NCBI GenBank assembly: GCA_951406725.2
Contig: OX597826.1
Span: 77,190,001 to 77,254,000 of the forward strand
DNA: 64,000 nucleotides
Direction: 5' to 3'
DNA from: Octopus vulgaris
Lineage: Eukaryota
The translations under genes and the position numbers were made by a program. The notes below the pieces were generated by a model. It saw only the letters and a program-made list of their open reading frames with translations. It ran no database searches and was not told the DNA's origin. Each line of letters opens with the position of its first letter. Within the stretch, counting starts at the first letter, position 1. Below are positions 1 through 13,690 of the stretch, one piece after another.

Positions 1-175
1 TGTTTCAGTTATTGGACTGCGGCCAAGCTGGGGCACCGCATTGACGGATTTCAACCGAACAAATGGACCACTGTTTATTTTGACTTAAAGTCTGTTACCT
101 GTTCTATGGTTCTCTTTCGGAGACGTAAACAAACCAGCACTGGTTATCAAGATGTGACACAAACACAAAATCTTA
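1..175 (-). mobile_element. SINE family A, 3' half (degraded)
   Basis: Reverse complement of the family A tail (CCCCAGCTTGGCCGCAGTCCAATAACTGAAACA), homologous to the copies at 30935-31331 and 33663-34105. Confidence 0.75.
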
Positions 176-696
176 CATGTACGTGTGTGTGTGTGTGTGT
201 GTGTGTATGTATTGACCATGCCTTTCAAAAGTGGTTTTTGTGGCTTCGCAACGTCAATATTTCTCTCTCTCTCTCTCTCTCTCTATTTTCGATCTATATG
301 CACATACATATATATATATACATGCATATACATAAACATATACACGTACAGACGCAGACACACACACACACATACACACATGTATATATATATATATATA
401 TATATATATCTGTATATATGTATATATATTATATAAATATACATACATTTATGTGTGTGTGTGTATGTATGTATGTGTGTATGCATGTTTGCATGCATGT
501 GTGTATGTGTGGATGTATGTATGTGTGTGTGTTTGTATGCATGCATGCGTCCACCTTCCTCGCTCGCTAAAATAAGTACGAATCAAGTTGGTATACTCAA
601 ATCCTCATAATCTGAAAGTGTAGAATTTCCCCCAAGGGAGGAAGGTCTGTCCTGCCCTGCCCTTTGCAGCCCCCTTTTTTTCACAATGATAAAACT

Positions 697-850
697 GTCC
701 CCGTGACTTAGCGGTTCGGCAAAAGAGACCGATAGAATAAGTACTAGGCTTACAAAGAATAAGTCCCGGGGTCGATTTGCTCGACTAAAAGGCGGTGCTC
801 CAGCATGGCCACAGTCAAAATGACCGAAACAAGTAAAAGAGTAAAGAGAA
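697..850 (+). mobile_element. SINE family A, 3' half
   Basis: Near-identical to the 3' half of the full copies: CCCCGTGACTTAGCGGTTCGGCAAAAGAGACCGATAGAATAAGTAC...GCTCCAGCATGGCCACAGTCAAAATGACCGAAACAAGTAAAAGAGTAAAGAG. Confidence 0.9.
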
Positions 851-1039
851 AAGGAGTATGAGGTTTTAATTAAATGCTATGTTAATGAACGATGAAGATT
901 GCTAAATGGGAAAGTCGTTAAAGCACCTGATACAATACTTTGCCGTATTTATTCCGGTTCCCTGTTATCTCGGTTCGAATCGCGCCAATGTTAACTTTTC
1001 TTTCAATATTTTAGATGTTGATAAATTAAGCCGTCAAAA

Positions 1040-1250
1040 GCGACGAGCAGGTGGAATCGTTAGAGCGTCGGACAAAAAGCTTAGCGGCATTTCTTCCGAC
1101 TTTACATTCTGAGCGCATAGGCTGTCGGGATCGACTTTGCCTTTCATCCTTTCGGGATCGATAAAAAAAAGTACCCGTTGAACACTGAGGTGGAAGTGAG
1201 CGGCTAACCCTTTCTCTCGAAATTGCTGGCCTTGTGTCAAATTTTGAAAG
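1040..1250 (+). mobile_element. SINE family B (degraded)
   Basis: Contains TCGACTTTGCCTTTCATCCTTTCGGGATCGATAAA and a head homologous to the copy at 43761-43978. Confidence 0.75.
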
Positions 1251-1315
1251 CGATAAATTAAGCGCTAGTTTGATTCTTTTCCCTCTCATACAGTCTCTCT
1301 CTCTCTCTCCTTCTT

Positions 1316-1386
<71 letters not shown>

Positions 1387-1485
1387 CTTTCAGTCTTTCT
1401 ATTAACCCTCTTCCACTTCTTTGTGGAAAGGAGCAGTGAGAATGGCCTACATATGACATTTTCACAGTGCAGTGTAACCGATTCT

Positions 1486-1518
<33 letters not shown>

Positions 1519-1843
1519 ATGGAGAGAGAGAGAGAGAGAGAATGAGAGAGAGACAAGGAGATCGACCCAGTATTTGACTGACACTTTACATATCGATCTC
1601 AGAAGGATGAAAGCAACAAAGTGACCAACAAAGGATATAAACTCACAAATGAATGAGTTTGAACAAGAGTTTATCCAATCCGCTGACCATCCTGTTTACT
1701 AAACATGTCCCCAAAACTTCCGTCTTCCTCCTCAAAATAAATCATAAGACAGAATCGGTTGAGCACTTTCTCTTAGTTATAGTCATGTTCTTTCTGAGTT
1801 CAAATCCTATCTAGGTGATATTATCCACTATCTTCCTCGGCGC

Positions 1844-2069
1844 GTGGTTCATACCTATTGAGGGCCCCTTTTACTTGACTAGAGTTGTACTACAAATCCC
1901 CTGTTTTTCAAAGGATTCACCACTCGATAAACCTATTTTATTAACAACAAACTCGGGTGGTTCAAACCTATTGAGGGCCCCTTTTACTTGACTGGAGTTG
2001 TACTACAAATCCCCTGTTTTTCAAATGATTCATCACTCGATAAACTTATTTTATTAACAACAAACTCGG
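1844..2069 (+). repeat. Two-copy direct tandem duplication, 113-bp unit, possibly the end of an hAT-like MITE
   Basis: GTGGTTCA(T/A)ACCTATTGAGGGCCCCTTTTACTTG...AACAACAAACTCGG occurs at 1844 and again at 1957 with few substitutions. Confidence 0.9.
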
Positions 2070-2547
2070 ATTTTTCAGCTTTATCTTTCAAATGAAAGAT
2101 AATTCTGCACTCAATAATTCTGCTGTATTTTAAAAAATTGAATGCAATTCACTAATTCTAATACAATGTTCGTGGATCCGCAGAAGTCGGAGGATCTCCA
2201 GCGGTTTGTAGAACCTATGGGGTCTTTGGTCCCCAGTATGGTTAGCGTTGTTTTATGGGAGTTAATAAATCACAGCCTGATTTAAGGAATGGAATCGATT
2301 TCAACGAACTCAGTTCAAAATGTGTGATCTTGTGTCGATGTATGAAGTTTTGCTAATTTTAGAAAAAAAAATTGAAGGGAACTGCTGAATTTTTATGTTT
2401 ACCATTTACCATCTTTTATGTTTACCATTTACCATTTACCATTCTACCGAACATTCTATAGAATATATGTAACACCAAAAATACAATGGCTGGTTTCAAG
2501 CAGACTGTTTCAATAACATTTTAATCTTTGTAAGAAAATAAAACAAA

Positions 2548-2907
2548 TAAGCACAGGGGTGGCTGATAGGAGCAGGGGTGGCTGATAGGCGAAGGGGTGG
2601 CTGATAGGCGAAGGGGTGGCTGATAGGAGCAGGGGTGGCTGATAGGCGAAGGGGTGGCTGATAGGCGAAGGGGTGGCTGATAGGCGCAGAAGTGGCTGAT
2701 AGTCGAAGGGGTGGCTGATAGGTGCAGGGGTCGCCGATAGGCGCACGGGTGGCTGATAGGCGCAGGGGTGGCTGATAGGTGCAGGGGTGGCTGATAGGCG
2801 CAGGGGTGGCTGATAGGCGCAGGGGTGGCTGATAGGTGCAGGGGTGGCTGATAGGCGCAGGGGTGGCTGATAGGCGCAGAGGTGACTGATAGGCGAAGGG
2901 GTGGCTG
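2548..2907 (+). repeat. 19-bp minisatellite (about 19 copies) derived from the family A SINE 5' end
   Basis: Unit TAGGCG(C/A)AGGGGTGGCTGA. The last unit runs directly into a SINE head (GTGGCTGCATGGTAAG...GGGCAAGTGTCTTCT). Confidence 0.92.
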
Positions 2908-3055
2908 CATGGTAAGAATTTTGTTTGCCAACATGGTTCCGAGTTGTGTATCATCACGTGACACTTAGGGCAAGTGTCTTCTAACAGAGACTCGGGCCCA
3001 CCACATCCTTTCAAGGGGATTTGATAGGCGAAAAAGGAAAGGGTCCCGTCGTATT
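2890..3055 (+). mobile_element. SINE family A, 5' half (degraded)
   Basis: tRNA-like head followed by the GGGCAAGTGTCTTCT body motif. Confidence 0.75.
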
Positions 3056-3333
3056 TATGTATGTATGGATGGATGGATGGATGGATGGATGGATATTATG
3101 TGATACTAATAGTTTCATATGTTGAGAAATACCTCAAGCATATTCATCAGGCACAACATGGTTATGATATGTGGTTTGTGCATGATGAATATCAAGTAAT
3201 GAAGTGTGTGTGTGTGTGTGTATTTATTTATTCTCTTATTCTTTCACTTGTTTCAGTCATTTGACATATACACACACATACATACATGCATATATACATA
3301 GATATATATGAATATAAGTATGTATATGTGTGT

Positions 3334-3396
<63 letters not shown>

Positions 3397-3409
3397 TGCG
3401 TGTCTCTGT

Positions 3410-3445
<36 letters not shown>

Positions 3446-3454
3446 ACATATATA

Positions 3455-3512
<58 letters not shown>

Positions 3513-3583
3513 ATATAATATAATATATATATATATATTTATATATATATATATGTATATATATGTATGTATGTATGTATATA

Positions 3584-3644
<61 letters not shown>

Positions 3645-3659
3645 TATAGTCATGTGTGA

Positions 3660-3885
3660 ATGCTTTTGTGAGTGTGTTTTCCCCGACCACTGCTTGGCAA
3701 CCGGTGTTTGTGTGTGGTTGTCACCGTAACGTAGATGTCCGGGTGAAAAGGGGTCGATAGAATAAATACCTGACTTTCAAAAGAAAAGGGTACCGAGGTC
3801 GATTCCTTCGACAAAGAATTCTTGAAGGTGGTGCCCCAGCATGGCAGTAGTCTCTTGAGTGAAACCGGCAAAAGATCAAAGATAA
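3660..3885 (+). mobile_element. SINE family A, 3' half (older variant)
   Basis: GATAGAATAAATAC...GGTCGAT...GGTGCCCCAGCATGGC tail. Confidence 0.7.
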
Positions 3886-4479
3886 AATATCAAACTTGAT
3901 ATATTTATAGTTGTTGTTGTTCTTGTTGTTGTTGTTGATGTTGTTAATGAAGTCATGGAGAGGTCCCAACAGAGCGGAACCACGATCAAAAGAATTGAGA
4001 TTCGACCATCACGGTTGTTTTATATATTTACGATTAAACTATCCAATATACTTTGCCTTCCATTATTAGAAGTCAAGGCTGTTATGTGAAGAGCATTTAG
4101 CAGTTATTTCTAGCACGATGACCGACAGCAAAGCACTTCCCCGGTCGTACACTATCATGATATAAATGGATTCAGAGAAGACGAAATTAAGGGCTAACCC
4201 GGCGGCAGAGAGAGTTAAGTTCGCTATCCGTTTTTAGCTCATCCTCACCCTTAAATATCAATTATTAACAAAATGAAGTTTTATGTTTGATTTATTCAAA
4301 GGAACATAAATAAAACTGCACTTTTCCCCCATTTCATTTATTTATTTATTTATTTTATCTGAAACTCTGATGAAACGAAAACAATATATTCAAAACAATC
4401 TCCATAAATCAATGTCCCTACCTACGTTCCCAGATTCAAACACACACAAATACAAGCACACACATACATGAGCGCGAAC

Positions 4480-4557
<78 letters not shown>

Positions 4558-4600
4558 TATATACATATATATATACATATATATATACATATATATATAC

Positions 4601-4687
<87 letters not shown>

Positions 4688-4928
4688 ATATATGTTTATA
4701 TATTAAGTTGTATTATATTACATTATATTATAAGATATTGTTCTATATTAGTTTACGATATATTATGTTATATTTCATTACATTAAATCATATCCATGAT
4801 ATTTAGTTCGACAAATATTTTGTCGGACTAGATATCATGCCCTAAATATTTCATTCAATTTGAGAGAGACTTATTTGAGCAGTTTATTCTAAGTGGGCGG
4901 ACTAAGTTCATTTTCAATTTGTCATCTG

Positions 4929-5000
<72 letters not shown>

Positions 5001-5274
5001 TATATATACATGTACAGAGGGAGAGAGAAGCACTCACACACACGTGTGTGTGGGTGTGTTCCAGTTATAATGAAAACTCATCAGTTTAAGGTAAACTTAG
5101 TCTGACGGGTTTCTCTATACTTTGGTAGATTACAGACTTATTTTTTAACAAGAATGTTGTTCATAGGGATTTCGAAGCTTCAAGCACCTAGGCCATCATC
5201 ACAATGGCTTAGCTGGAATCGGTATCAACAATAGGTGCTTTTAAAGAATTTATATATATATATATATGTGTATG

Positions 5275-5321
<47 letters not shown>

Positions 5322-5620
5322 ACGCACGCACAGGTATATATATATATATATATATAGATATAGATATATATATACACGAATTTGTGTTAAAGCATCAGAA
5401 GACAATACAGAACGCCGATTAGGGACCTTATAAAACAACAGGTCATCGTTAAACATCAGCGCGATATCATATTGCGATACATCCAGGTGGGATTCACTTA
5501 GATGTCCAAACGTAGTCGGATAAAACTATCTTTAACACCGACACATTTAGAATAACAGATCCAGAATAAGTCTAACATTCTTATATTCTAACATTCTCAT
5601 TCATTTGTTATATATATATA

Positions 5621-5685
<65 letters not shown>

Positions 5686-5756
5686 TTATATATACATGTA
5701 TATATATATATACATTTATATATATACATATGTATACGCATATATGCATACATATT

Positions 5757-5802
<46 letters not shown>

Positions 5803-6039
5803 TATACATATATGTACGCATATATATATACATATATGTATACATATACGTATACATATATGTACATATATGTATACATATGTATACATTTATATATGTA
5901 TATATATATATGCATATATATATACATACATATATATATATATATATACATACATATATACATATATATAAATATGTATATATATAAATATCCACACACA
6001 CACATATATACCAATAAGTTTAATATATATATATACATA

Positions 6040-6109
<70 letters not shown>

Positions 6110-6381
6110 TATACATATATGTATATATATACATACCTACATATACATATATATATACATATATATATATATATAAAAGGGTTTTGTATGACTGTGTATA
6201 GTGGGATGTATATTATTCAAAGGAATTCCAACTCTGTTTTTATGTTTTATTTATATTCTTTATAATATTAATGTAGAATATAGAATATATAGTACAAATA
6301 ATATATATATATATATAGTAAAAGGAAATGAAGTATTGATTGTCTTACTGAATATATGAAATATTGAATATCAAACATTAA

Positions 6382-6425
6382 GGGACCAGTATACTTTCAT
6401 GCGTTATAGCAGTCTTCAAGGTCCC
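6382..6425 (-). ncRNA. Hammerhead-ribozyme-like motif (variant core), Penelope-type
   Basis: Minus strand GGGACC-UUGAAGA-C-UGC-UAUAAC-GCA-U-GAAA-GUAUACU-GGUCCC: 6-bp stem I, 3-bp stem II, palindromic stem III (AGUAUACU). The core deviates from consensus. Confidence 0.5.
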
Positions 6426-6475
6426 AGGTTGTGACAGGAGTGTTTCAACTGTTTAAACTACACACACACACACAC

Positions 6476-6513
<38 letters not shown>

Positions 6514-6523
6514 CTATATATAG

Positions 6524-6554
<31 letters not shown>

Positions 6555-6920
6555 TACCACTTGCCCAAGGTGCCACTGCGTGGTAAATTCGGCAAGTATT
6601 TTCTACTATAGCCTCGGGCTGACCAAAGCCTTGTGAGTGTATTTGGTAGACGGATAGAGAAAGAAGTCCGTCGTATATATGTATATTTTTGAGTGTGTGT
6701 GTATATATCTTTGTGTGTTTGTGTTCGTCCCCTCCTTCCCACCAAAATTGCTTGATATGCTGATTTGTTTCCGTCCCAGTAACTTAGCAGTTCGGCAAAA
6801 GAGACCGATACAATAAGTACTAGGCTTACAAAGAGTAAGTTCTGGGGTCGATTTGTTCGACTATAGGTGGTGCTCCAGCACAGCCACAATCAAATGACTG
6901 AAACAAGTAAAAGAGTAAAA
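6555..6920 (+). mobile_element. SINE family A, 5'-truncated or rearranged
   Basis: Body (GGCAAGTATTTTCTACTATAGCCTCGGGC), internal TA/TG tract and complete 3' tail. Confidence 0.85.
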
Positions 6921-7152
6921 CTAGAGACTATACGTTTATATAAATATATAGATATATATACAAATTGAGATAGTGGTTGTAAATGCAACCCTCCATGGGA
7001 TAACATATATCCAATATACTGCTAGTGAAGTACCCAACAATGTTAATACATAAATGTTAAGGATTGCGATGCAATCAATTCATTTACTGTATTACATGGG
7101 CAAAGGTAAAAGGATTTACCACAAATTACTAATACAGTCCATCTTCTTATCT

Positions 7153-7193
<41 letters not shown>

Positions 7194-7228
7194 CCATATA
7201 TATATAAATATACGCACACACGTATATA

Positions 7229-7319
<91 letters not shown>

Positions 7320-7666
7320 ATATATATACAGGTATATATATATATATATAAATAAATATATATATGTATTTATATATATATGTATATATATGTGTATATA
7401 TATGTACATATATATATGGGTATACATATATATATGTATATATATATATATATGTATATATATAAATGTATATATATGTATATATATGTATGTATAAATA
7501 TATATATGTGTGTATATATAAATATATATACATGTATATATATATGAATAACTATGTATATATATATGTATATATATAGATATTTACATATGTATATACA
7601 TATGAATGTATATAAATATATATGTGTATATATACATATAAATATATATATGTATATATATATAAA

Positions 7667-7715
<49 letters not shown>

Positions 7716-7861
7716 TAGATATGTATATATTTTAATTTTATTTTTTTATTTCATCATTATTTTTTATTTCATTTTATTTCATATGTATATATATATATAA
7801 AGATATATATATATATGTACATATATGCATATATATATAAATATATATGTATATATAAATC

Positions 7862-8185
7862 CTTAAATCCTTAAAAATGTTTTAGCACGAGGGCCGCGGC
7901 CATGCTGGGGCACCACCGCTGAATGAGCTACACTAATATGTGAATCCACCTCTGATACGTGGCACTTGATCAACAAGGGAGTTCGATGCTGCTGCCCGCA
8001 TCCGCGTCTCCTGTCGTGAGGTAGGTTCATCTGGGACCCCCAACAAGAAGAGATCCAGTTTAGTTTTAAAGAAACCCACATCCACACCATGTAAGTCTCT
8101 CAGGCATTTAGGGAGGATGTTAAAGAGCTGTGGTCCTCGGAAACCCAAGCTGTTGCAGTATCTGGTCCTGTATTTCGATGTTGAT
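7862..8185 (-). mobile_element. CR1/L2-type LINE 3' end (ORF2 C-terminus and 3' UTR)
   Basis: ORF 7933-8148 [41 protein letters not shown] is paralogous to ORF 9517-9831. Followed by the GGTGCCCCAGCATGGCCGCGG tail. Confidence 0.85.
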
Positions 8186-8326
8186 GTTGGTATATATGTA
8201 TATATAAATATAAATGTATATATATATATAAATATATATGTCTATATGTATATATATATAAATTTATATGTATATATGTATATACATATATGTATATATA
8301 TATATATATATAAATTTATATGTATG

Positions 8327-8422
<96 letters not shown>

Positions 8423-8614
8423 GTAGATATAGATGTATATATGTATTTATATATATCTATATAAATATTTATTCATTTATATATATATATGGATATATAT
8501 ATATAAATATATGTGTATATATAGATACATATAATATATATATATGTATACGTGCATAAATAAATATATATATATCTGCATATATATACATGTATATATA
8601 TGTATATATATATA

Positions 8615-8652
<38 letters not shown>

Positions 8653-8737
8653 TTTATATATATAAATATATTTGTCCATATATACATACATATAAATATA
8701 TATAAATATGCACACACACACACACACACACATATAT

Positions 8738-8775
<38 letters not shown>

Positions 8776-9909
8776 TGGATCATGGTATGATGTGCCACAA
8801 ACTGCGTGATCTCGGCATAACTGGAAAACTTGGAGACTGGTTACATGACTTTCTGTGAGATAGGAGTCAGGCAGTAGTGGCCAATGGCGCCACCTCAATG
8901 AAAACAAATAGTGAGCGGTGTTCCATAGGGCACTGCCTAGGAAGCTAACCCTCAACTGCCCGGATAGCCACCCTTTCTAGCTATGCAGACAGTACGAAAG
9001 TCTTGCAGAAAATGCAGAATCCTGTGATGTTGCACATCAGTAGCAGGAGTTGGACTCAGTTTACAGATGGGCTGAGGATAATAATATGCAGTTCAATGCT
9101 GACAAATTCCAAGCCCTGCGCTACCAGCCTCCAAAACTGAATATGAGACTTACAGGGTACACTGGTCCACAGGAATTACAATCCCAGGGCCTAAACCAGT
9201 GAGGGACCTGGGTATCGACTTGAGTGATGATAACTCTTTCCAAGTGCATATCACCAGGATGGCGACAAAGTGCAAACGACTGCTTGGAGGGTTCCGAAGA
9301 ACATTCAGAACCAGAGGTAAGGAAACCATGATGGTCCCCAACAGTGTAGAATTAACAGCGGACCTTGAAGCAATTCAGCGAAGCTTCACAAAGACGATCG
9401 TCTCTTTGCAACACATCAGCTACTGGGAAAGGCTGAAACAGCTAAGACTCTAATCCCTAGAGCGAAGCCGGGAGAGGTATGCAGTAATATATATCTGGAA
9501 GATCCTGGAAGGAATTGTGCCAAGTTTTGGCATTGAAAGCTACACCATTGCCAGAACGGATCGACACTGCATAGTGCCACAGATCCCAGCAGTGCCATTG
9601 CTCTTCAGGACCAGTTACTGCAACAGCCTGGGTTTCAGAGGCCCACAGCTTTTTAATATTCTCCTAAAGAGCCCCCACAAAGTAGGTGTAGGCGTTTTAA
9701 AATCAAGGCTGGACATTTTCTTGTCGAGAGTCCCAGATGAACCTACCTCACGGCAAGAGGTGCCAATGACGGTAGCTACATCAAACTCCATCTTACACCA
9801 AGTGACGTATATTAAAGGAAGATCTCTGTAATAAAATTGTGGCAAAACGGCTGTGCTGCAGCATGGCCACAGCTATGAGCTGAAACTACAAAATAAATAA
9901 ATAAAATAA

Positions 9910-9910
<1 letters not shown>
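8776..9910 (+). mobile_element. 5'-truncated CR1/L2-type LINE, reverse-transcriptase pseudogene
   Basis: Decayed RT motifs [83 protein letters not shown]. Stop at 9831, then 3' UTR and an (AAAT)n tail. Contains stops and frameshifts. Confidence 0.92.
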
Positions 9911-9954
<44 letters not shown>

Positions 9955-10061
9955 TATATAAATATATAAATCAATATATATATATATATATATACATACA
10001 TAGATATACAGAGACATATATATATATATATGCACACATATATATACACATACATATATAT

Positions 10062-10158
<97 letters not shown>

Positions 10159-10176
10159 CATATGCATATATATATA

Positions 10177-10383
10177 CAGGGTGGCCCAAAAGTAGGTTTA
10201 CAGTTATCACGTAGGCACTTAAAATTTCTTTTAAAATATTTTATTACATTTAAATTTCTATCTAACAATTAACTAAATTAGCATAGAATAATGGTTTCAT
10301 ATTTTTTTATAATTAAGATCTAAACAGTTAATATTTGAATGCGAAAGAGATAATTGAATAACTGTAAAGCTACTTTTGGGCCA
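10177..10383. mobile_element. Tc1/mariner-type MITE
   Basis: TIRs TGGCCCAAAAGTAGGTTTACAGTTAT and ATAACTGTAAAGCTACTTTTGGGCCA (1 mismatch). Left end TA|CAGGGTG sits in a TA tract. Confidence 0.85.
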
Positions 10384-10437
10384 TATGTGTGTGTGTGTGT
10401 GTGTGTGTCTGTGCACACGCGTATGTCTGCATATGCA

Positions 10438-10568
<131 letters not shown>

Positions 10569-10638
10569 TCACATACAGAGAGTGAGAAAGAGAGAGAAAG
10601 AGTTACTAGGTATACAGTATATGGCAACGTGTATATAC

Positions 10639-10671
<33 letters not shown>

Positions 10672-11000
10672 CATACATACATACATACATACATGCATGC
10701 ATACATATAGATATATATATATATGTTCATATACACATATATAAAGATTGGATACCTCGCAATTCATACTTATATATTTATTTACCTGTCAATCCATGCA
10801 TACACACACAAAGTAGATAGGCATAAAAAAGACAGATGCGCAGAAGCTGAGATTAACTTAGGACCTCAGGTAGACCCGTCATGTGCGGTGTCGATGTCAC
10901 AACATATTTTTATTAAAGGCAATGGTTTCATTTAAAAGAATTTTAGGGTCACATAGATTTTAATACAACTCACGCTCTCACACATACACACACACACAAA

Positions 11001-11069
<69 letters not shown>

Positions 11070-11184
11070 ATAGACATACACTTATGAAAATCTGGTGCCA
11101 AATCTTAGAAGACAAAGTAAAATAGAAACAGAAAGTCTTTGAAAATGTCCAACGCACAAAGAATGAGACAAGAGAAGGGAAGGT

Positions 11185-11631
11185 CGTGTGTGTATGTATG
11201 TATGTATGTATGTATGTGTGTGTATGTATGTATGTGTGTGTATGTATGTATGTATGTATGTATGTATGTATGTATGTATGTATGTATGTATGTATGTATG
11301 TATGTATGTATGTATGTATGTATGTATGTATGTGTGTGTGTATGTATGTATGTATGTATGTATGTATGCATGCATGCATGTATGTATGTATGTATGTATG
11401 TATGTATGCATGTATGTATGTATGTATGTATGTATGTGTGTATGTATGTATGTATGTATGTATGTATGTGTGTATGTTTGTATGTATGTATGTGCGTATG
11501 TATGTATGTGTGTATGTATGTATGTATGTATGTATGTATGTATGTATGTATGCATGCATGTATGTATGTATGTATGTCTGTATGTAAGTATGTATATATG
11601 TATGTATGTACGTATGTATATAAGTAAGTAT

Positions 11632-11668
<37 letters not shown>
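11185..11668 (+). repeat. Compound (TATG)n/(CA)n microsatellite
   Basis: Direct reading. Confidence 0.95.
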
Positions 11669-11671
<3 letters not shown>

Positions 11672-12095
11672 GTATATAGATATATATTTGTGTATATATA
11701 TGTGTGTGTATGTATTTATATACGTGTGCATGTATGTATGTGAACTCCTATACACAGACTCACAACCTTGCGGATCAATATATGAACTTATATTTGTACG
11801 TATATATGTGCGAGTGTGGTGTGTATGTGTGCGTGTGTGGTATGTGTGTGTGTGTCTATATATATATATGCATGCATTGTTGGTGGGAATGGGTCGGGAT
11901 ATGTCAGCACCAGTTGATGCCTTACCCGATAGGGGTTCCAAAAAGATGGGTAGAGTAGAATATAATTTCTGTCCATGTATGGTAAATGGGAAACATGTTT
12001 TTACAGTTTGGCAAATGTTGCCTTATTGGACTGCGGCCCGTTCTACATACATGCTTGCGCAAGTACATGCATACATTATAGATACGTGTATTCAA

Positions 12096-12203
<108 letters not shown>

Positions 12204-13519
12204 TACATACATACATATTTACATACATATTCATGTGTGTGGTTGTGTGTAAGAGAGATAGATAGATAGAGAGAGAGAGAGTGGGAGAGACGGAAAGAGT
12301 GAGAGAAAGAGAGATAAGCAGCTTGCCCCAAAGAATTGCCAAAAATCGCTCTTGTTTTGTAGTGAAATTCTGTTGAACACATTTTCACCATGGCCACCTC
12401 ATCGATAACGATAAAATAGCTTCATACCAGCCTTCGATGCAATCGCCTGTTTGCTTATTAATTTAACCCTGTTGTTTCTCCCAAAAATATTATTCGGCCC
12501 TGATATGAATCCGTATTGAGTACTACACCTCATTATACTTTGTGTCCGAACTCATCTCGAGTTCGCTCTGTCTTTCAAACATTTGGGGTTTCCCTATATT
12601 TAGTGTCAGTCAGTCTTACTTGGGTGCCAATGAATCGCAGAATGTCAAACTGCTGTGTCAGTGTGAAGAATTCTTGACAAAGAAGTTGGCCGAGCAGAAT
12701 CGGGAAAACATTGAATAAAAAAAAATTGACACAATGTATTTCGATGTCGTTTTTTAAGTTCTGAGTTCAAATAATGCTAACGCTTCGTCTTTCGGAGATC
12801 AATGCGATTAAGTTCTAATCAAGCACTTAGAAGGTTTTTATTTCTTCCTCAGAACCGATTACATTACGCTACGAGAATATCATGAGGCACAATTTAAGCT
12901 CCATGTTCTCCGGTAAATGCAGGATAGATAAGCTAAGGGCTAACCAGTTCTTTTCATCCAGTATGCTGAAAAATACAAGCAAAGGACTTAGAGAATATGG
13001 TAGGTGCACACGGACCGATGTGCAATGCACCCCAGAATGGTTAAAGACGGCCAGACGAATACTGAGGAATATTTACAAGACCATACACTTTCTCCAGATT
13101 TATGTTAGAAACTAAAGGGTTTTATATTTTTGTTAAGATTGAATTTCAGTTTCATCCATTCGGGATCAGAAAGCATAAAGTAGAGTCAACCATCACCAGT
13201 TCCCAGCGTTGAGAATAACGTTTAGGGTCGTTTGCCCTGAAGTTTATCTCCTGCTTCGGTTAGAAACTTAGCCGAGGTCGGCGCAACACGGTCGGCTGAC
13301 TTCCATGATACAGCTACAAAATCTTTCTCACAATACATCCTATCATCTTACAAAGAGAAGGCCTCATTAGATAACGTGCTCCTATATTCATCGTGCCCTG
13401 AAATAGAGGGCTGGATGGTCACACCTAAAAATAATATTGATTATAACCCCGTACATTCTCGGGGTTGACACGTGACTGCGCAATAATAGCAACAATTCTT
13501 ATTATTAATAATTAACCGA

Positions 13520-13690
13520 AAGCATTTCGTCCATGTTTACGTTCTGAGCTCAAATCCCGCCGAGGTCAACTCTGCTTTTCATCCTTTCGGGATCGATGAA
13601 AAAAGTACCAGTCGTACACTGGGGTCGACGTAATCGACTTAGCTCTTTCCTCGATGTTGCTGGACTTGTTCCAAGTTTTAAAACCAATAT
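13520..13690 (+). mobile_element. SINE family B, partial
   Basis: TTACGTTCTGAGCTCAAATCCCGCCGAGGTCAACTCTGCTTTTCATCCTTTCGGGATCGATGAAAAAAGTACCAG. Confidence 0.8.

Noticed and set aside
2548-2907. CRISPR-like regular repeat
   Set aside because: Units are contiguous with no unique spacers; eukaryotic context with no cas genes.
2496-3014. Repetitive Pro-rich ORFs (PISHPCAYQPPLRLSAT)
   Set aside because: Product of the 19-bp SINE-derived minisatellite read across frames.
4366-4385. CTGATGA-AAC-GAAA hammerhead-like boxes
   Set aside because: No stem I, II or III pairing found; probably chance.
11933-12043. Possible minus-strand exon (TAG...GG|GTAAGG) with one open frame
   Set aside because: No polypyrimidine tract and no recognisable peptide.
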